A stretch of 64,000 bases of DNA, from contig OZ024756.1 of the NCBI GenBank assembly GCA_964016885.1, positions 5,208,001 to 5,272,000 of the forward strand, given 5' to 3'. Below the pieces are notes generated by a model. That model worked only from the letters and a program-made list of their open reading frames with translations, searched no databases and was not told the DNA's origin. The stretch is from Eledone cirrhosa. Taxonomy: Eukaryota. The position numbers and the translations under genes are program-made. Shown here one piece after another: positions 28,273-41,924 of this stretch (position 1 is the stretch's first letter; each line of letters starts with the position of its first letter).

Positions 28273-28456
28273 TAATTGTTTCTACTTTAGGCACAGGGCC
28301 AGCAATTACCCAGTACATTACTGGTACTTTATTTTATCGACCCCGTAAGGATGAAAGGCAAAGTCAACCTCGGCGGGATTTGAACTCAGATTGTAAAGGG
28401 ACGTAAATATGCTGGAAAGCATGGCGTCCGACCCTCTACCGATAGTGCCAATCCAT
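28273..28456 (-). mobile_element. tRNA-derived SINE with ~14-bp TSD
   Basis: tcagtaaaagtaat on both sides. Confidence 0.92.
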
Positions 28457-28783
28457 CAGTAAAAGTAATGTGGGTAAAATATGTTTTATTCTTTCTGCGG
28501 TAGGTTAGAAAATGAAAAGGATTTCATAGCAATGATGGAAAGTTAGTGTAACTTTCTAGAAATGAAGAATTGGACAGCTAATTATTTTAACCCATGGCAT
28601 GAATTACAAGAGAACAAGAGGCCACAGTAATGATTGATTTTAGTATTTACATTACTCTATATTCACTATTATATTTTCCCGGTAAAGGCTTTACCACACA
28701 TAATTATCTCACGTAATATCGAATCTATGAGATTTTGAAATTATTTATTTTGAGAACAATACCTTAAAATGAGCATAAGTGGC

Positions 28784-30250
28784 TTTGCAGCATAGAGTTA
28801 CGGTCCTTTACAGTCTGAGTTAAAATCTCGCCGAGGTTAATTTTACCTTTCATCCTTACGGGATCGATAAAATAAAATACCAGTAATGTACTGGGATAAT
28901 TGCTGGCCTTGTGCCAAAAGTAGAAACAATTATTATGTATGGCAGTATAACAATATATGTTTCAACACATGATTTCACATAAAAAACCTTGCAAAACAAA
29001 TACATGGCTGTTACAAATGATAACTATTACAGTATCGGTAGAGGGTCGGACGCCATGCTTTCCAGCATAGTTACGTCCCTTTACGATCTGAGTTCAAATC
29101 CCGCCGAGGTTGACTTTGCCTTTCATCCTGACGGGGTCGATAAAATAAAGTACCAGTAATGCACTGGTTAATTACTGGCCTTGTACCTAACCTAGAAACT
29201 ATTATGTATATATCATTTTCTTGAATCTGTTTAAGATACCTGGCAAAGTTGTAACAGTGATAACATATATTTATATACACTCATCAGGGCCCGAGGCACT
29301 TCAGGTTTGGATGAGGGCTCATACACACACAATTAACACACCCCCAATTTTACGTATCAAAGTCAGCATGGCGGAAGTAATTGGGATTGAAAAGGTATTC
29401 ATACAGGTGTGAAATTCATACAATCTAAGCATCCTAAAACTAAAACGTTCATCAGAGGGTACAAATAAATTTGAACAAAAGAGTTTGAACCAAAAGAGGT
29501 GAATGAATTCTGCCGGATATGGCGGTGTTTATTGAATAGTTTAAAGGAAGAAATTCCCTGGACGTCTTCAATATAATCCTAAATATTGAAATGTTATAGT
29601 GTAGTTAAATATAATAAGTAGAAATCTGAGGCAGGGCGAGATTTAATGGCGGACAAAAGCAGCAACTGCACCCTGGCCTATGCAGCGGGGACCCCACCAG
29701 CGACAGCTATAGCAATTTATTTGTACCCTCTAATGAGCGTTTTAGTTTTAGGATGCTTAGATTGTTTGAATTTCATACCTGTATGAATACCTTTTCAATC
29801 CCAATTACTTCCGCCATGCTGACTTTGATACGTAAAATTGGGGGTGTGTTAATTGTGTGTGTATGAGCCCTCATCCAAACCTGAAGTGCCTCGGGCCCTG
29901 ATGAGAGTATATAAATATATGTTATCACTGTTACAACTTTGCCAGGCATCTTAAACAGATTCAAGAAAATGATATATACATAATAGTTATCATTTGTAAC
30001 AGCCATGTATTTGTTTTGCAAGGTTTTTAATATGAAATCATGTGTTGAAACATATATTGTTATATTTGGGGAGGGACATGTTGTTATAATACTGCCATAC
30101 ATAATAAATGTTTCTACTTTTGGCACAAGGCCAGAAATTATCCCAGTACATTACTGGTATTTTATTTTATCGACCCCGTAAGGATGAAAGGTAAAATTAA
30201 CCTCAGCGAGATTTGAACTCAGACCGTAAAGGACCGTAACTCTATGCTGC
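28784..30250. repeat. ~1.5-kb inverted duplication (arms ~28784-29471 and ~29715-30250) containing SINEs
   Basis: 29210-29470 is the reverse complement of 29715-29985; mirrored SINEs at 28784-28932 and 30108-30276; extra SINE 29030-29203 with aactatta TSD in the left arm only. Confidence 0.85.
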
Positions 30251-30329
30251 AAAGTATAGCATCAGCATCCGACCCTAAAACACATCCACTGTTTCATTTA
30301 GTTTTCGCTTCAGAATATTTTCTTATTTT

Positions 30330-30724
30330 TATAATCACTGAAGATGTCACAGAAAAATGTGTGACGAAAGAACTTTGAGAAATTATATTTATATTTATAT
30401 TTGTATTTATAATTTTAACTGTTGGTCAATCAATAATAAACATTGATTACCAGCTAAATTGATTATAACAATATAAAGATGTACTGAACTGAAACGAAAA
30501 CGAAACGAAACAGTGAGTGTATTTTATTATTTTGGCAATATTAGGACAACATGACCGTCCCCAACTATAACCATACATCTTTCAAAACATAATTTCAGAA
30601 ATAATAACAGAACACACTCACTGTTTCGTTGGGGCTGTTTTTCACTTCTGTATCTTTTATATCTCCATAGTTAATTTATCTGGCAATCAATTTTTATCAT
30701 AGATTGACCAACGATTAAAAGTAC

Positions 30725-30725
<1 letters not shown>
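30330..30725 (+). mobile_element. Diverged family A relative with hammerhead at 30335-30378 and a partial inverted copy
   Basis: TCA CTGAAGA t GTCACA gaaaaatg TGTGAC GAAA GAAC TT TGA; 30600-30725 roughly mirrors 30410-30530. Confidence 0.6.
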
Positions 30726-30766
<41 letters not shown>

Positions 30767-30922
30767 ATAATAATAAATATGAAGACTAAAATCCAAAGAG
30801 GGCTCGATAGGGATAAATATATATAAAATATATTAGAACCGTAGAGCAAATATTTACTTTACGTAATCTGTTATATACTTTAATCTGTTATTTTAATAAA
30901 TATATTATTAATAAATCCGTTA

Positions 30923-31273
<351 letters not shown>

Positions 31274-31278
<5 letters not shown>

Positions 31279-31718
31279 ATATTAAATAAATGGAAACTAT
31301 ATTTATAAAACCATATTTATTCTATTATATATATTTCAAGAGTACCAAAACTTTGGTACGCTTAAAATACAAAGTTTGTTTTATAAATTTTGACATAACC
31401 AAAGAAAATACCTTAACGGTTCAAGTTTTCCTTGGATAGGAAAAGGAAAACTTGAACCATTAAGGTATTTTTCCTTAGTTATGTCAAAATTTATAAAACA
31501 AACTTTGTATTTTATCTGATGAAAGCGTACCAAAGTTTCGGTACCCTTGAAATATATATAATAGAATAAATATGGTTTTATAAATATTGTTTCCATTTAT
31601 TTAATATCATTGAATATTATACTCCCGAAAACTTGTCGAGTGCTCTGAATCAGTTATAATCATTTATATTTGTTGAATTACCAACAAATTGAATATCCCT
31701 TTCGCTTATATATATATA
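31274..31718 (+). mobile_element. Fold-back element (family B) with hammerhead at 31508-31568
   Basis: TATTTTAT CTGATGA AAGCGTACC..GGTACCCTT GAAA TATATA TA ATAGAATA; axis about 31436; left arm lost the CTGATGA by deletion. Confidence 0.8.
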
Positions 31719-31723
31719 TAGTC

Positions 31724-31767
31724 TATCAAAATTCTTTCGTCACACATCTGCGACATCATCAGTGGTA
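31724..31767 (-). ncRNA. Minimal hammerhead, family A relative
   Basis: TACCA CTGATGA t GTCGCA gatg TGTGAC GAAA GAAT TT TGATA. Confidence 0.65.
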
Positions 31768-32555
31768 CTATTATATTTCCTCCTATTGTATTGTAAAGTC
31801 TACCCCATTTAGGATATTGGTCAAGTTTGAAGTTATATTTGAAGATACTTGCTGAAATTGTTTCGCCTTTTTAACAAATCCGAAATCGTGTGCGTGGTTG
31901 CGAAACGAAATTCGTAACTATAGGTTGAGAACTGCGGTAAAAATACATTATTGTAGTTATATATTATTTAGATATGTTGTTGGCTGATAACTAATCCAAA
32001 AGCTGAAGGTATTTATTTTGAAAAATAGTAGATCATAGAGATTAGAAAATATCGCACCTATGTGTAGTCACATTATTATATGATGTATGAGATTAATTTA
32101 TATCATACTTATATTGATGATTCAATTTCGTATTCTACACATTTCCTCGGCGTGCCTACAGAAATTACACGTGCATTAGAGGAAACAAGAATTTATGGCT
32201 TTAAAGTAAATGTGAAATCAAACGAAAGCAAAAATAAAAATATGCAAGAATGTTTTCTACTGATAAGGTATTGCTGTATAAATATTCTGATATAAATTGG
32301 TATTTATGTTTATCGATGTGTATTTATTTAAGTGTATTTAAATAGAATTTACTCCACACACAGTCACGTAATAAACTGTACCTATCAACTCCATATAAAT
32401 ATTTCAAAAACACACAAACACACAAACACACATACGCATAATCGAAACTATAATTGTTTCTACTTTTAACTATAATAAAGGAAGGTCTGCCGGACTGCGT
32501 ACGGTTTATTTTTTTAATCCCGTTAGTAAAATAAGTTGGATTACTTTGAATAAAT

Positions 32556-32745
32556 AATTGTTTCTATTTTAGGCACAAGGCCAGCAATTATCCCAGTGCA
32601 TTACTGGTACTTTATTTTATCGACCCCGTAAGGATGAAAGGCAAAGTCAACCTCGGCGGGATTTGAACTCAGATCGTAAAGGGACGTAACTATGCTGGAA
32701 AGCATGGCGTCCGACCCTCTACCGATACTGCCAATCCACCGCCCT
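32556..32745 (-). mobile_element. Full-length tRNA-derived SINE with 18-bp TSD
   Basis: ttactttgaataaataat duplicated at about 32540 and 32748. Confidence 0.95.
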
Positions 32746-33563
32746 AATTACTTTGAATAAATAATGAATGAATATTACATAATTTATCTACTAAATTTCG
32801 TAAACAAAAATAATTTCGTAAAAATAAATAATTTAAAATTGACTTCTTTTCAAAGTTGCACTTCCGGTATATCGTTGCCACCACCACCACTTCAATTACC
32901 ATATATATAGAAAGAATGTGTGATGTCAACACTTCCGGTGGCGATCATTTAAATACTAATTTTCCGTCACTAATTTTCTCCTAATGCAGTTTATATATAA
33001 TATCGTAATTTTTTAATGTATCATGGATTACGTTATTGATTACATAAGACAGTGTAACAACGTCTTCGTTCAATTTCTGTTTATCTTGTCAATTACGATG
33101 TTATTTGATGTATCATATCTACATGTATATATACTTGCGTATAATATCAATATACACACTACACATGCTAGCAGAAAACCACCCTAGTTATGTGTATAAA
33201 TATATATAGAATGGAAAACAAAAAATCAGTGATGTATCGGAACTCAATTTATTGTGTTACAATTGTTTCCCCGGCGAATAACTTGAGGTGTGATCCATGT
33301 GTGGATACCTGACTCTAGTCTGGCAGGTTCCTCGGACAAGTCTATTGATTTCGGATCATATTCTCTTTCTGGGGTTTTCTGGCCCTACAAGCCTATATCG
33401 TCCACCTTCATCCGCTTTGCGTGTCCCTGGGTTGGTCACTGGTTAGTGACGTCATCATTATTCTGACCACTTGTAGCATCTCGCTGAGCGTCAGGGCGTG
33501 AGCTGTCACTCACCCACTGGCCCGTCGGTAAAATTACTGTTTGTCAGCTCAAACTCCCACTCG

Positions 33564-33603
<40 letters not shown>

Positions 33604-33814
33604 CGGATACTGACAGATACATACAGAGTAGCTTGTGTGCTTACGTTCACACACAGAACTAGTCACACAAATATAGGCATACATGCACACAGAGAGGCAC
33701 ACACGCACACACGCGCGTTTATATACGCACGCATATACACAGACATACACACAGGTTGTTTTTTCATATATGAATGTTTGAATTTCTTTTTACTTAAAAA
33801 AGCTACTCTGTATG

Positions 33815-33856
<42 letters not shown>

Positions 33857-33859
<3 letters not shown>

Positions 33860-35831
33860 TAAAATAACAGATTAAAGTTTAAGCAAAGAATCGCTGCTTT
33901 CACCCTTAACGGGATCTTCTGAAGCTAACAAAGTCAATCTGTAAACGCAGAACTGGATATTTCAAAAAACGTTGCAACCGGAGGAAGACAGGAAGACGAT
34001 ACTTTGGTTCGTGGTAACGTTCGCTGACAAAGAACGGGAAAAAACGAATAATACGTCATTAATAGCAGCGGTGAAAAACAATTACGCGCAAAGACAAAAC
34101 CACGTTTATGGTATAAAAGAGGTCGTAGACTAATGTTCTCTTAGGTGGTGCATATAGACGTTCTCTGGCAATGAACGAAAAAACGAAGATAATAAGACAT
34201 ATGTGGAGCGTGGAGAACAAAAGCACGCAAAGACAAAACCACGTAAATGGTATAGCAGAAGTCGTAGACTAAAATTCTAACTAGGAGACCAAATGAATCT
34301 CCGCTACAGAGTTAAGAACAAAGTAAATAAATACGATACAGAAGTAATAGAAACAAATAAATACATACACGCAAACAGATACGTACATACACAAGCATAC
34401 GCAAAACCTTACCATAGGTATACAAAACTACGCACATATAAATATGTGTGTGTGTGTATGCTTGTGTACAAATAAATAAATAATTATATAAACGTATATA
34501 AGTAAATAAATACGTATATAACAAGCGCACACACATACCTACATATAAATACACGAATGTTCGGAGACTTAAGTCAACTAAAACAAGAAGTACACATATA
34601 CACACACCCACCATACGTACGAACCTGCATACTCACTCGGACGCAAAACTCCCGTATACACATAGCCAAACCCTAAATACCAGAATATGTAAAAATGATA
34701 CGCCATAACAGTCAAATATACGTACGAGAAGGTATACATACCTTCACAAAACATATGGGTAATATATACATACCTATGCAAATAAGTAAAGGAATAAACA
34801 AAACATATACTTAGCTCCCACATCAAGACGTAAAATATCCACGTATAGATCGTGCTATCCGTTAGGGTATAACGTGGGGCTGTAATACAGGAAAGTTTTG
34901 TGCAATTTATGTTTACAAGCCGAAATTGCCTCAGATTTTTTTGTTTAAGATGTGGTCTGTGGCGTAGAGTATTTCCAGGGCCTCAGCGGCGCAGAGGTCA
35001 CATGGTCTTTTATTTCCGTTATACGATCTAGCCCTAGCTAGGATCTCCCAGTGTAAATTATATTGGGTGTGGTTGTCTTTTAGACTCTAGATATAAGCTG
35101 AAAGTGACGTCATATTCCTTCTTAGAGGGTAACGAAAAGAATGGGTATGCATGTAAAGACGCTGCTTGAAACTATTGACGGTTAACCATATGTAGGCCCT
35201 ACGGGACGTGGGTGTTACAACCTTACATTTGTAGACAATGTTACTAGAGAGGCATTTCCCGGATAGGGGGCAATCAGCCCGATTCCTACAATTACAGTTA
35301 GTACTAACTACAGGGTTGCACGTGTTCCTACGGCTAGGTAGTTTAGCTAAATTTGAAGCTGTGATGTTATGTGCAAGGTTAGGAGTCGTAGAGTAAGAAA
35401 TTTTAATAGTATTTCTATTAAAAAATTTACTATCTTTATGTGTAGGGGGAAAATGCTTCGTAATAAGGGAAAGAAAGATCTTAGCTAATGGTGTGGCCAC
35501 CTCCATATTATATGGTGGGTTAAACCAACAAATGCGACGGGGTCTATTTCTTCTAGGTCTATTTTCATACTCTGTATATGCTACCTTATCGACAAATCCA
35601 CTTCGAGCAAGAGCTTCATTGTAATAAGTGGAATGGTCGTTGAAAATGCGCTCGTTGGTGGAAAGACGGGAAAGCCTCAACGAAACGTTTCTTATCAGGT
35701 TCTTGGTTATGCTGGCAGGATGGTTGGAATGCTTACTTATGTAATTAAGCGTATCATTCGGCTTTCTATACGGGTAATACAACCCATTCAATAAATTGAG
35801 GGTAACGTCGAGGTAATTAACGACCGAGAGA
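33857..35831 (-). mobile_element. Penelope-like element 3' half (RT C-terminus, thumb, GIY-YIG, 3' UTR), left arm of palindrome
   Basis: VVNYLDV, YRKP, SKHSNHP, WFNPPY, CNCR..CPL.GKC, IVYKCKV..AYIWLT..FKQR...H. Confidence 0.92.
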
Positions 35832-37882
35832 TTAATTACCTCGACGTTACCCTCAATTTATTGAATGGGTTGTATTACCCGTATAGAAAGCCGAATGATA
35901 CGCTTAATTACATAAGTAAGCATTCCAACCATCCTGCCAGCATAACCAAGAACCTGGTAAGAAACGTTTCGTTGAGGCTTTCCCGTCTTTCCACCAACGA
36001 GCGCATTTTCAACGACCATTCCACTTATTACAATGAAGCTCTTGCTCGAAGTGGATTTGTCGATAAGGTAGCATATACAGAGTATGAAAATAGACCTAGA
36101 AGAAATAGATCCCGTCGCATTTGTTGGTTTAACCCACCATATAATATGGAGGTGGCCACACCATTAGCTAAGATCTTTCTTTCCCTTATTACGAAGCATT
36201 TTCCCCCTACTTCATAAATATAGTAACATTTTTAATAGAAATACTATTAAAATTTCTTACTCTACGACTCCTAACCTTGCACATAACATCACAGCTTCAA
36301 ATTTAGCTAAACTACCTAGCCGTAGGAACACGTGCAACCCTGTAGTTAGTACTAACTGTAATTGTAGGAATCGGGCTGATTGCCCCCTATCCGGGAAATG
36401 CCTCTCTAGTAATATTGTCTACAAATGTAAGGTTGTAACACCCATGTCCCGTAGGGCCTACATAGGGTTAACCGCCAATAGTTTCAAGCAGCGTCTTTAC
36501 ATGCATACCCATTCTTTTCGTTACCCTCTAAGAAGGAATATGACGTCACTTTCAGCTTATACCTGGAGTCTAAAAGACAACCACACCCAATATAAGTTAC
36601 ACTGGGAGATCCTAGCTAGGGCTAGATCGTATAACGGAAATAAAAGACCATGTGACCTCTGCGCCGCTGAGGCCCTGGAAATACTCTACGCCACAGACCA
36701 CATCTTAAACAAACAATCTGAGGCAATTTCGGCTTGTAAACATAAATTGCACAAAACTTTCCTGTATTACAGCCCCACGTTATACCCTAACGGATAGCAC
36801 GATCAATACGTGGATATTTTACGTCTTGATGTGGGAGCTAAGTATATGTTTTGTTTATTCCTTTACTTATTTGCATAGGTAAGTATATATTACCCATATG
36901 TTTTGTGAAGGTATGTATACCTTCTCGTACGTATATTTGACTGTTATGGCGTATCATTTTTACATATTCTGGTATTTAGGGTTTGGCTATGTGTATACGG
37001 GAGTTTTGCGTCCGAGTGAGTATGCCGGTTCGTACGTATGGTGGGTGTGTGTATATGTGTACTTCTTGTTTTAGTTGACTTACGTCTCCGAACATTCGTG
37101 TATTTATATGTAGGTATGTGTGTGCGCTTGTTATATACGTATTTATTTACTTATATACGTTTATATAAATATTTATTTATTTGTACACAAGCATACACAC
37201 ACACACATATTTATACGTGCGTGGTTTTGTATACCTATGGTAAGGTTTTGCGTATGCTTGTGTATGTACGTATCTGTTTGCGTGTATGTATTTATTTGTT
37301 TCTATTACTTCTGTATCGTATTTATTTACTTTGTTCTTAACTCTGTAGCGGAGATTCATTTGGTCTCCTAGTTAGAATTTTAGTCTACGACTTCTGCTAT
37401 ACCATTTACGTGGTTTTGTCTTTGCGTGCTTTTGTTCTCCACGCTCCACATATGACTTATTATCTTCGTTTTTTCGTTCATTGTCAGAGAACGTCTATAT
37501 GCACCACCTAAGAGAACATTAGTCTACGACCTCTTTTATACCATAAACGTGGTTTTGTCTTTGCGCGTAATTGTTTTTCACCGCTGCTATTAATGACGTA
37601 TTATTCGTTTTTTCCCGTTCTTTGTCAGCGAACGTTACCACGAACCAAAGTATCGTCTTCCTGTTTTCCTCCGGTTGCAACGTTTTTTGAAATATCCAGT
37701 TCTGCGCTTACAGATTGACTTTGTTAGTTTCAGAAGATTCCGTTAAGGGTGAAAGCAGCGATTGTTTGCTTAAACTTTAATCTGTTATTTTAATGAATAT
37801 TTGCTCTACGCTTCTTATATATTTGATATATATTTTCCAAATCGAGCCTTCTTTGGATTTTAGTCTTCAATTTTATTATTAT

Positions 37883-37888
<6 letters not shown>
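35832..37888 (+). mobile_element. Penelope-like element 3' half, right arm, with hammerhead-like motif at 37726-37776 and ~95-nt tail
   Basis: ORFs 35861-36217 and 36444-36797 (one frameshift); YIGLT and CDLCAAE GIY-YIG motifs; GTTT CAGAAGA ttcc gttaa gggt GAAA GCA..TGC TT AAAC. Confidence 0.92.
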
Positions 37889-37974
<86 letters not shown>

Positions 37975-38241
37975 AAAATATCAAACATTGACAGGGGTTA
38001 ATTTGCAAAGAGTGTAAACACACATAGTTACGGAGGTAACATATTAAAATTTAACGAGAACCTTGATTATAGTTACCTCGCAATATTGATTAATCTTCTT
38101 TGTATATATTCCATTAAAGAAATATATTTCACCATTAATCGGTGAATCACAGATGTCAAATCTTGGATCATCAAGGAGAAGATTTAAAACTATGATTACA
38201 CCCAATATATTTTTACTATATATTATTACTATATATATATA

Positions 38242-38274
<33 letters not shown>

Positions 38275-38279
<5 letters not shown>

Positions 38280-38372
38280 ATAATAGTAAATGCGAAGATT
38301 GAAATCCAAAGAAGATCCCGTTAAGGGTGAAAGCAGCGATTCTTTGCTTAAACTTTAAACTGTTGTTTTAAT
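38275..38372 (+). mobile_element. Short terminal remnant of the same Penelope family (inverted tail fused to hammerhead segment); another at 30762-30925
   Basis: gaagattgaaatccaaagaagatcccgttaagggtgaaagcagcgattctttgcttaaac matches 37730-37790 and the reverse complement of 37850-37888. Confidence 0.7.
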
Positions 38373-38377
38373 ATATA

Positions 38378-39535
38378 CTAGCAGTAAAGCCCGGCGTTGC
38401 TCGGGGTCGCTCAGTAGCTGTGTTAAAGTTACAATGTTAAGTTTCTTTTTTGGCTTAAAAACTGTAGTGTCTACTGTGCAGACTTGCATGTGGTGTTTTT
38501 GATTAATATTCCCTCAACCAACAATGTGCCTTATGAAGTTAAGAAAACATAACGATAACCCGAATGTTATAACAAAAGAGGATGCTGGGGATAAAAACTG
38601 CACTGGTTATTTATTAACAAAGATCGAAAATGTAAACACTGCAACGCAGAGAAAAACATTAGCGTAACCAAATTATCAGTTATGTCTGTCTGCACGCCTA
38701 TATCACCTCTCTGCACGACTGTCTGTCTGCACGCCTATATCACCTCTCTGCACGACTGTCTGTCTGCACGCCTATATCAACTCTCTGCACGACTGTCTGT
38801 CTGCACGCCTATATCACCTCTCTGCACGACTGTCTGTCTGCACGCCTATATCACCTCTCTGCACGACTGTCTGTCTGCACGCCTATATCACCTCTCTGCA
38901 CGACTGTCTGTCTGCACGACTGTCTGTCTGCACGCCTAACGAAATTTACAGATACATATATTTAAAATAAACTTATATAATTTTTGCTTTTTTTTACGAA
39001 ATATTTGCTTGTTTTACGTAGTCTTTAAATAGACTTGTTTTCAAGTAAAAATATTGTTTTAAAAGGCTTTTAAATGGAAATGAAGCAAAACGGAAGCTTA
39101 GTGTTCGAACTGATGAATTTTGCAGGTCAAAATTTTGCTGGCTCGACAACTGTTCGTGTATTGTGTTAATGTCATTTTAAACGCTGAGAAAGCCAGCGTA
39201 ATTTTTTTAATTTTTGCCAGCGTAATTTTTTTAATTTTTGCCAGCGTAATTTTTTTAATTTTTGCACGCAGAAAATGTAAAGAGAACGTAAGACGCTACG
39301 CTGAATGTAAACAGAACAAAGGGAAATAACTCATCACTTACGCTCAAAAATCGATACATTATATTCGATTTCGTCAGATAGTGCGGGTCAATTTGAAATT
39401 TTTTTTTCCGATGTCTTCGCTAGGGCTCAATGTACAAGTATAGCAATTTCGGTGCAATTCCGTGAGAGATTCTAAGAGGAGATGTGTGCCAAAAATCGAT
39501 AGACAGACAGACAACCTCAGTTTTATATATATAGA
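38378..39535 (-). mobile_element. Non-autonomous Helitron with internal minisatellites
   Basis: Minus-strand 5' TCTATATATATAAAACTGAGG(TCTG)n; 3' hairpin CCCGAGCAACGCCGGG then CTAG; 36-bp repeat at 38685-38937; 22-bp repeat at 39192-39265. Confidence 0.85.
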
Positions 39536-39724
39536 TATACACAGTTCAAGAGTAACCAATCTTAAAGAGAGAGATGTAGGTAGGAGAGGAGATAGGAGAG
39601 GAGAGATTGGTGAATTAGAAGCCAAAGCGTAAAGGCATGTGCTCAATGTGCAATATGCAGTGGAAATTTGTGGTCTTGTTTTGTTTAACTAATGAATATA
39701 TATATATATATTATATATATATAT

Positions 39725-39757
<33 letters not shown>

Positions 39758-39759
39758 CA

Positions 39760-40865
39760 GTCTTTGGCGGTCGATTTTATTGATTTCCAGAAGGCATTCG
39801 ACAGTGTACACCGGGAGTCGCTGTGGAATGTTGCGCAACTGTACGGCATTCCTGCAAGATTCATCGCCATTTTCATGGCCCTGAATGAAAACCCCAGCTG
39901 TACGGACTGAGTCCGGTGTGACGGAGTTCTTTGACATTGTCTCCGGAGTCAGACAGGGTTGCATTGTCTCTCCACTGTTGTTCCTGCTGGCAGCCGATTT
40001 CGTACTAAGGTGAATGGAGGAAGGACCCGTTCGAGGAATCCCATAGAGAGGGCAGTCGAGGCTGAGGGATCCGGCATTCGCCGACGACATCGCTTTGATC
40101 GCTGAAAGCAGTGCAGATCTGCAGGCCCTAACAACATCCCTACAAGAGAGTGCGGAAAAGATCGGCCTGAGAATCAACACCAAAAAGACCAAGGTCATGA
40201 GAACGGCCAGCAACACAGGTCCAGTGATCAGTTAACTAACAGGACCTCGAGGAAGTCGATCACTTCACATATCTGGGCAGCATCTTGACAAGCATCGGCG
40301 ACGCAGAGCTCGACATCAAATGTGGGATCGGCAAAGGAGCCGCAGTTTTCCAGCGGCTGTGCCCAGTCTGGTCGTCTTCATGCATTAACACCAAGACCAA
40401 GCCCCGCCTGTACATGAGCAGCGTGCTGCCGACAGTGCTTTATGCGAGCGAGACCTGGAAGAGTACAGCAAAAATAGAGTTACGGCTGAACTCTTTCCAC
40501 CAGCGGTGCCTGCAAAAGATCCTTCGTGTGTCCTGGCGCGACCGAGTGCGAAACGAGGAGATCCTGCGGAGAGCCGAGTCATGGACGCTACAGAGAGTGG
40601 TCATGGAGCGTCGGTGCCGGCTGACTGGCCATATTCTACTTCTGCCAAATGTACGGCATTCGAAAAGAGCGATGAACTGGACTCCGCCTGGCGGTAAACG
40701 GAGGCGAGGTTGCCCAAGGATCACCTGGCGACGAACGTTCCGGAAGAACCTGATGGCAGTCAACATCACGTGGCACGGTCTCGAAAAGGTTGCCGCTGAT
40801 CGTGACCGTTGGCGAGTACTCACTGCTCGATACGGCGAACGGCGCGGAAGAATCTACGACTAAGA
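39760..40865 (+). pseudogene. 5'-truncated, frameshifted RTE (BovB-like) LINE RT and 3' end
   Basis: FIDFQKAFDSVHRESLW, GVRQGCIVSPLLF, FADDIAL, FTYLGS, LYASETW, DRDRW. Confidence 0.9.
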
Positions 40866-40925
40866 TATATACGTATATATGTATATATATATATTGTTAT
40901 ATTTGGGGAGGGTGATGTAGATATA

Positions 40926-41100
40926 ATTGTTTCTACGTTTGGCACAAGGCCAGCAATTACCCGGTACATTACTGGTACTTTATTTTATCGACCCCGTAAG
41001 GAAGAAAGGCAAAGTTAACCTCGGCGGGATTTGAACTCAGATCGTAAAGGGACGAAACTACGCAGGAAAGCTTGTCTGACCCTCTACCGATACTGCCAAT
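40926..41100 (-). mobile_element. tRNA-derived SINE
   Basis: Family consensus. Confidence 0.88.
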
Positions 41101-41266
41101 TCTATTGCCAGAAATATATAATAAATCACACTCACTGTTTGATTTGGGTTGGCTTTCACTTCAGTGTATTTTATAATTATTTCATCGCCGTATATATATA
41201 CACACATACATACATACATACATACATACATACATACATACATACATACATACATACATACATACA

Positions 41267-41560
41267 TGGTGGCTGCCAACTCGTTTTCGAGTACGGCCAC
41301 TACTTTATATCCATTTATACATACATACATACATACATACATACAAACATGGTGGCTGCCAACTCGTTTTCGAGTACGGCCACTACTTTATATCCATGTA
41401 GGAGAACCCCTACCGATGCGCTAAACGAGTGTGACTTTCTAGTCCAGCCAGCGACTTGAAAACTCTGGTACAAACACTATACTTATGACAATTATTGACA
41501 CATAGTGCTGGGCCCATGGTACCATGTGACTACAAGTGCAGAGAGATCTCCAGATATAAA
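41267..41560 (-). mobile_element. 3' part of the 17567-type element with duplicated terminus
   Basis: tggtggctgccaactcgttttcgagtacggcc occurs twice, separated by (CATA)n. Confidence 0.75.
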
Positions 41561-41632
41561 CATGCATACATACAAATATATATATGACGTATGTATGTAT
41601 GTATATATATATATATATATGACGTATGTATG

Positions 41633-41701
<69 letters not shown>

Positions 41702-41826
41702 CGTATATGTAATGTTTTACGTATAAAATAAAGCAAAACATGTCCTCCCCAGATAAAATACATAGATGTATAATTTTTTCATGATATGCTGGCAAACAAA
41801 CGACGTGGACAGATTGGTGACCACCA

Positions 41827-41874
<48 letters not shown>

Positions 41875-41924
41875 TGTGTGTGTATATATATACAAGGAGA
41901 GAGAGAAGCTATACAACTAAGTAA

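Noticed and set aside
32640-32745. tRNA gene candidates from A/B boxes
   Set aside because: SINE heads; no complete cloverleaf, and they are followed by SINE core and tail
38105-38185. Minus-strand TTGATGA...TGGT GAAA TATA TT hammerhead-like motif
   Set aside because: Core mutated and stem I does not pair; too weak to count
38682-38939. 36-bp periodic array resembling CRISPR
   Set aside because: Units are contiguous with no unique spacers, no cas genes, eukaryotic context; lies inside a Helitron
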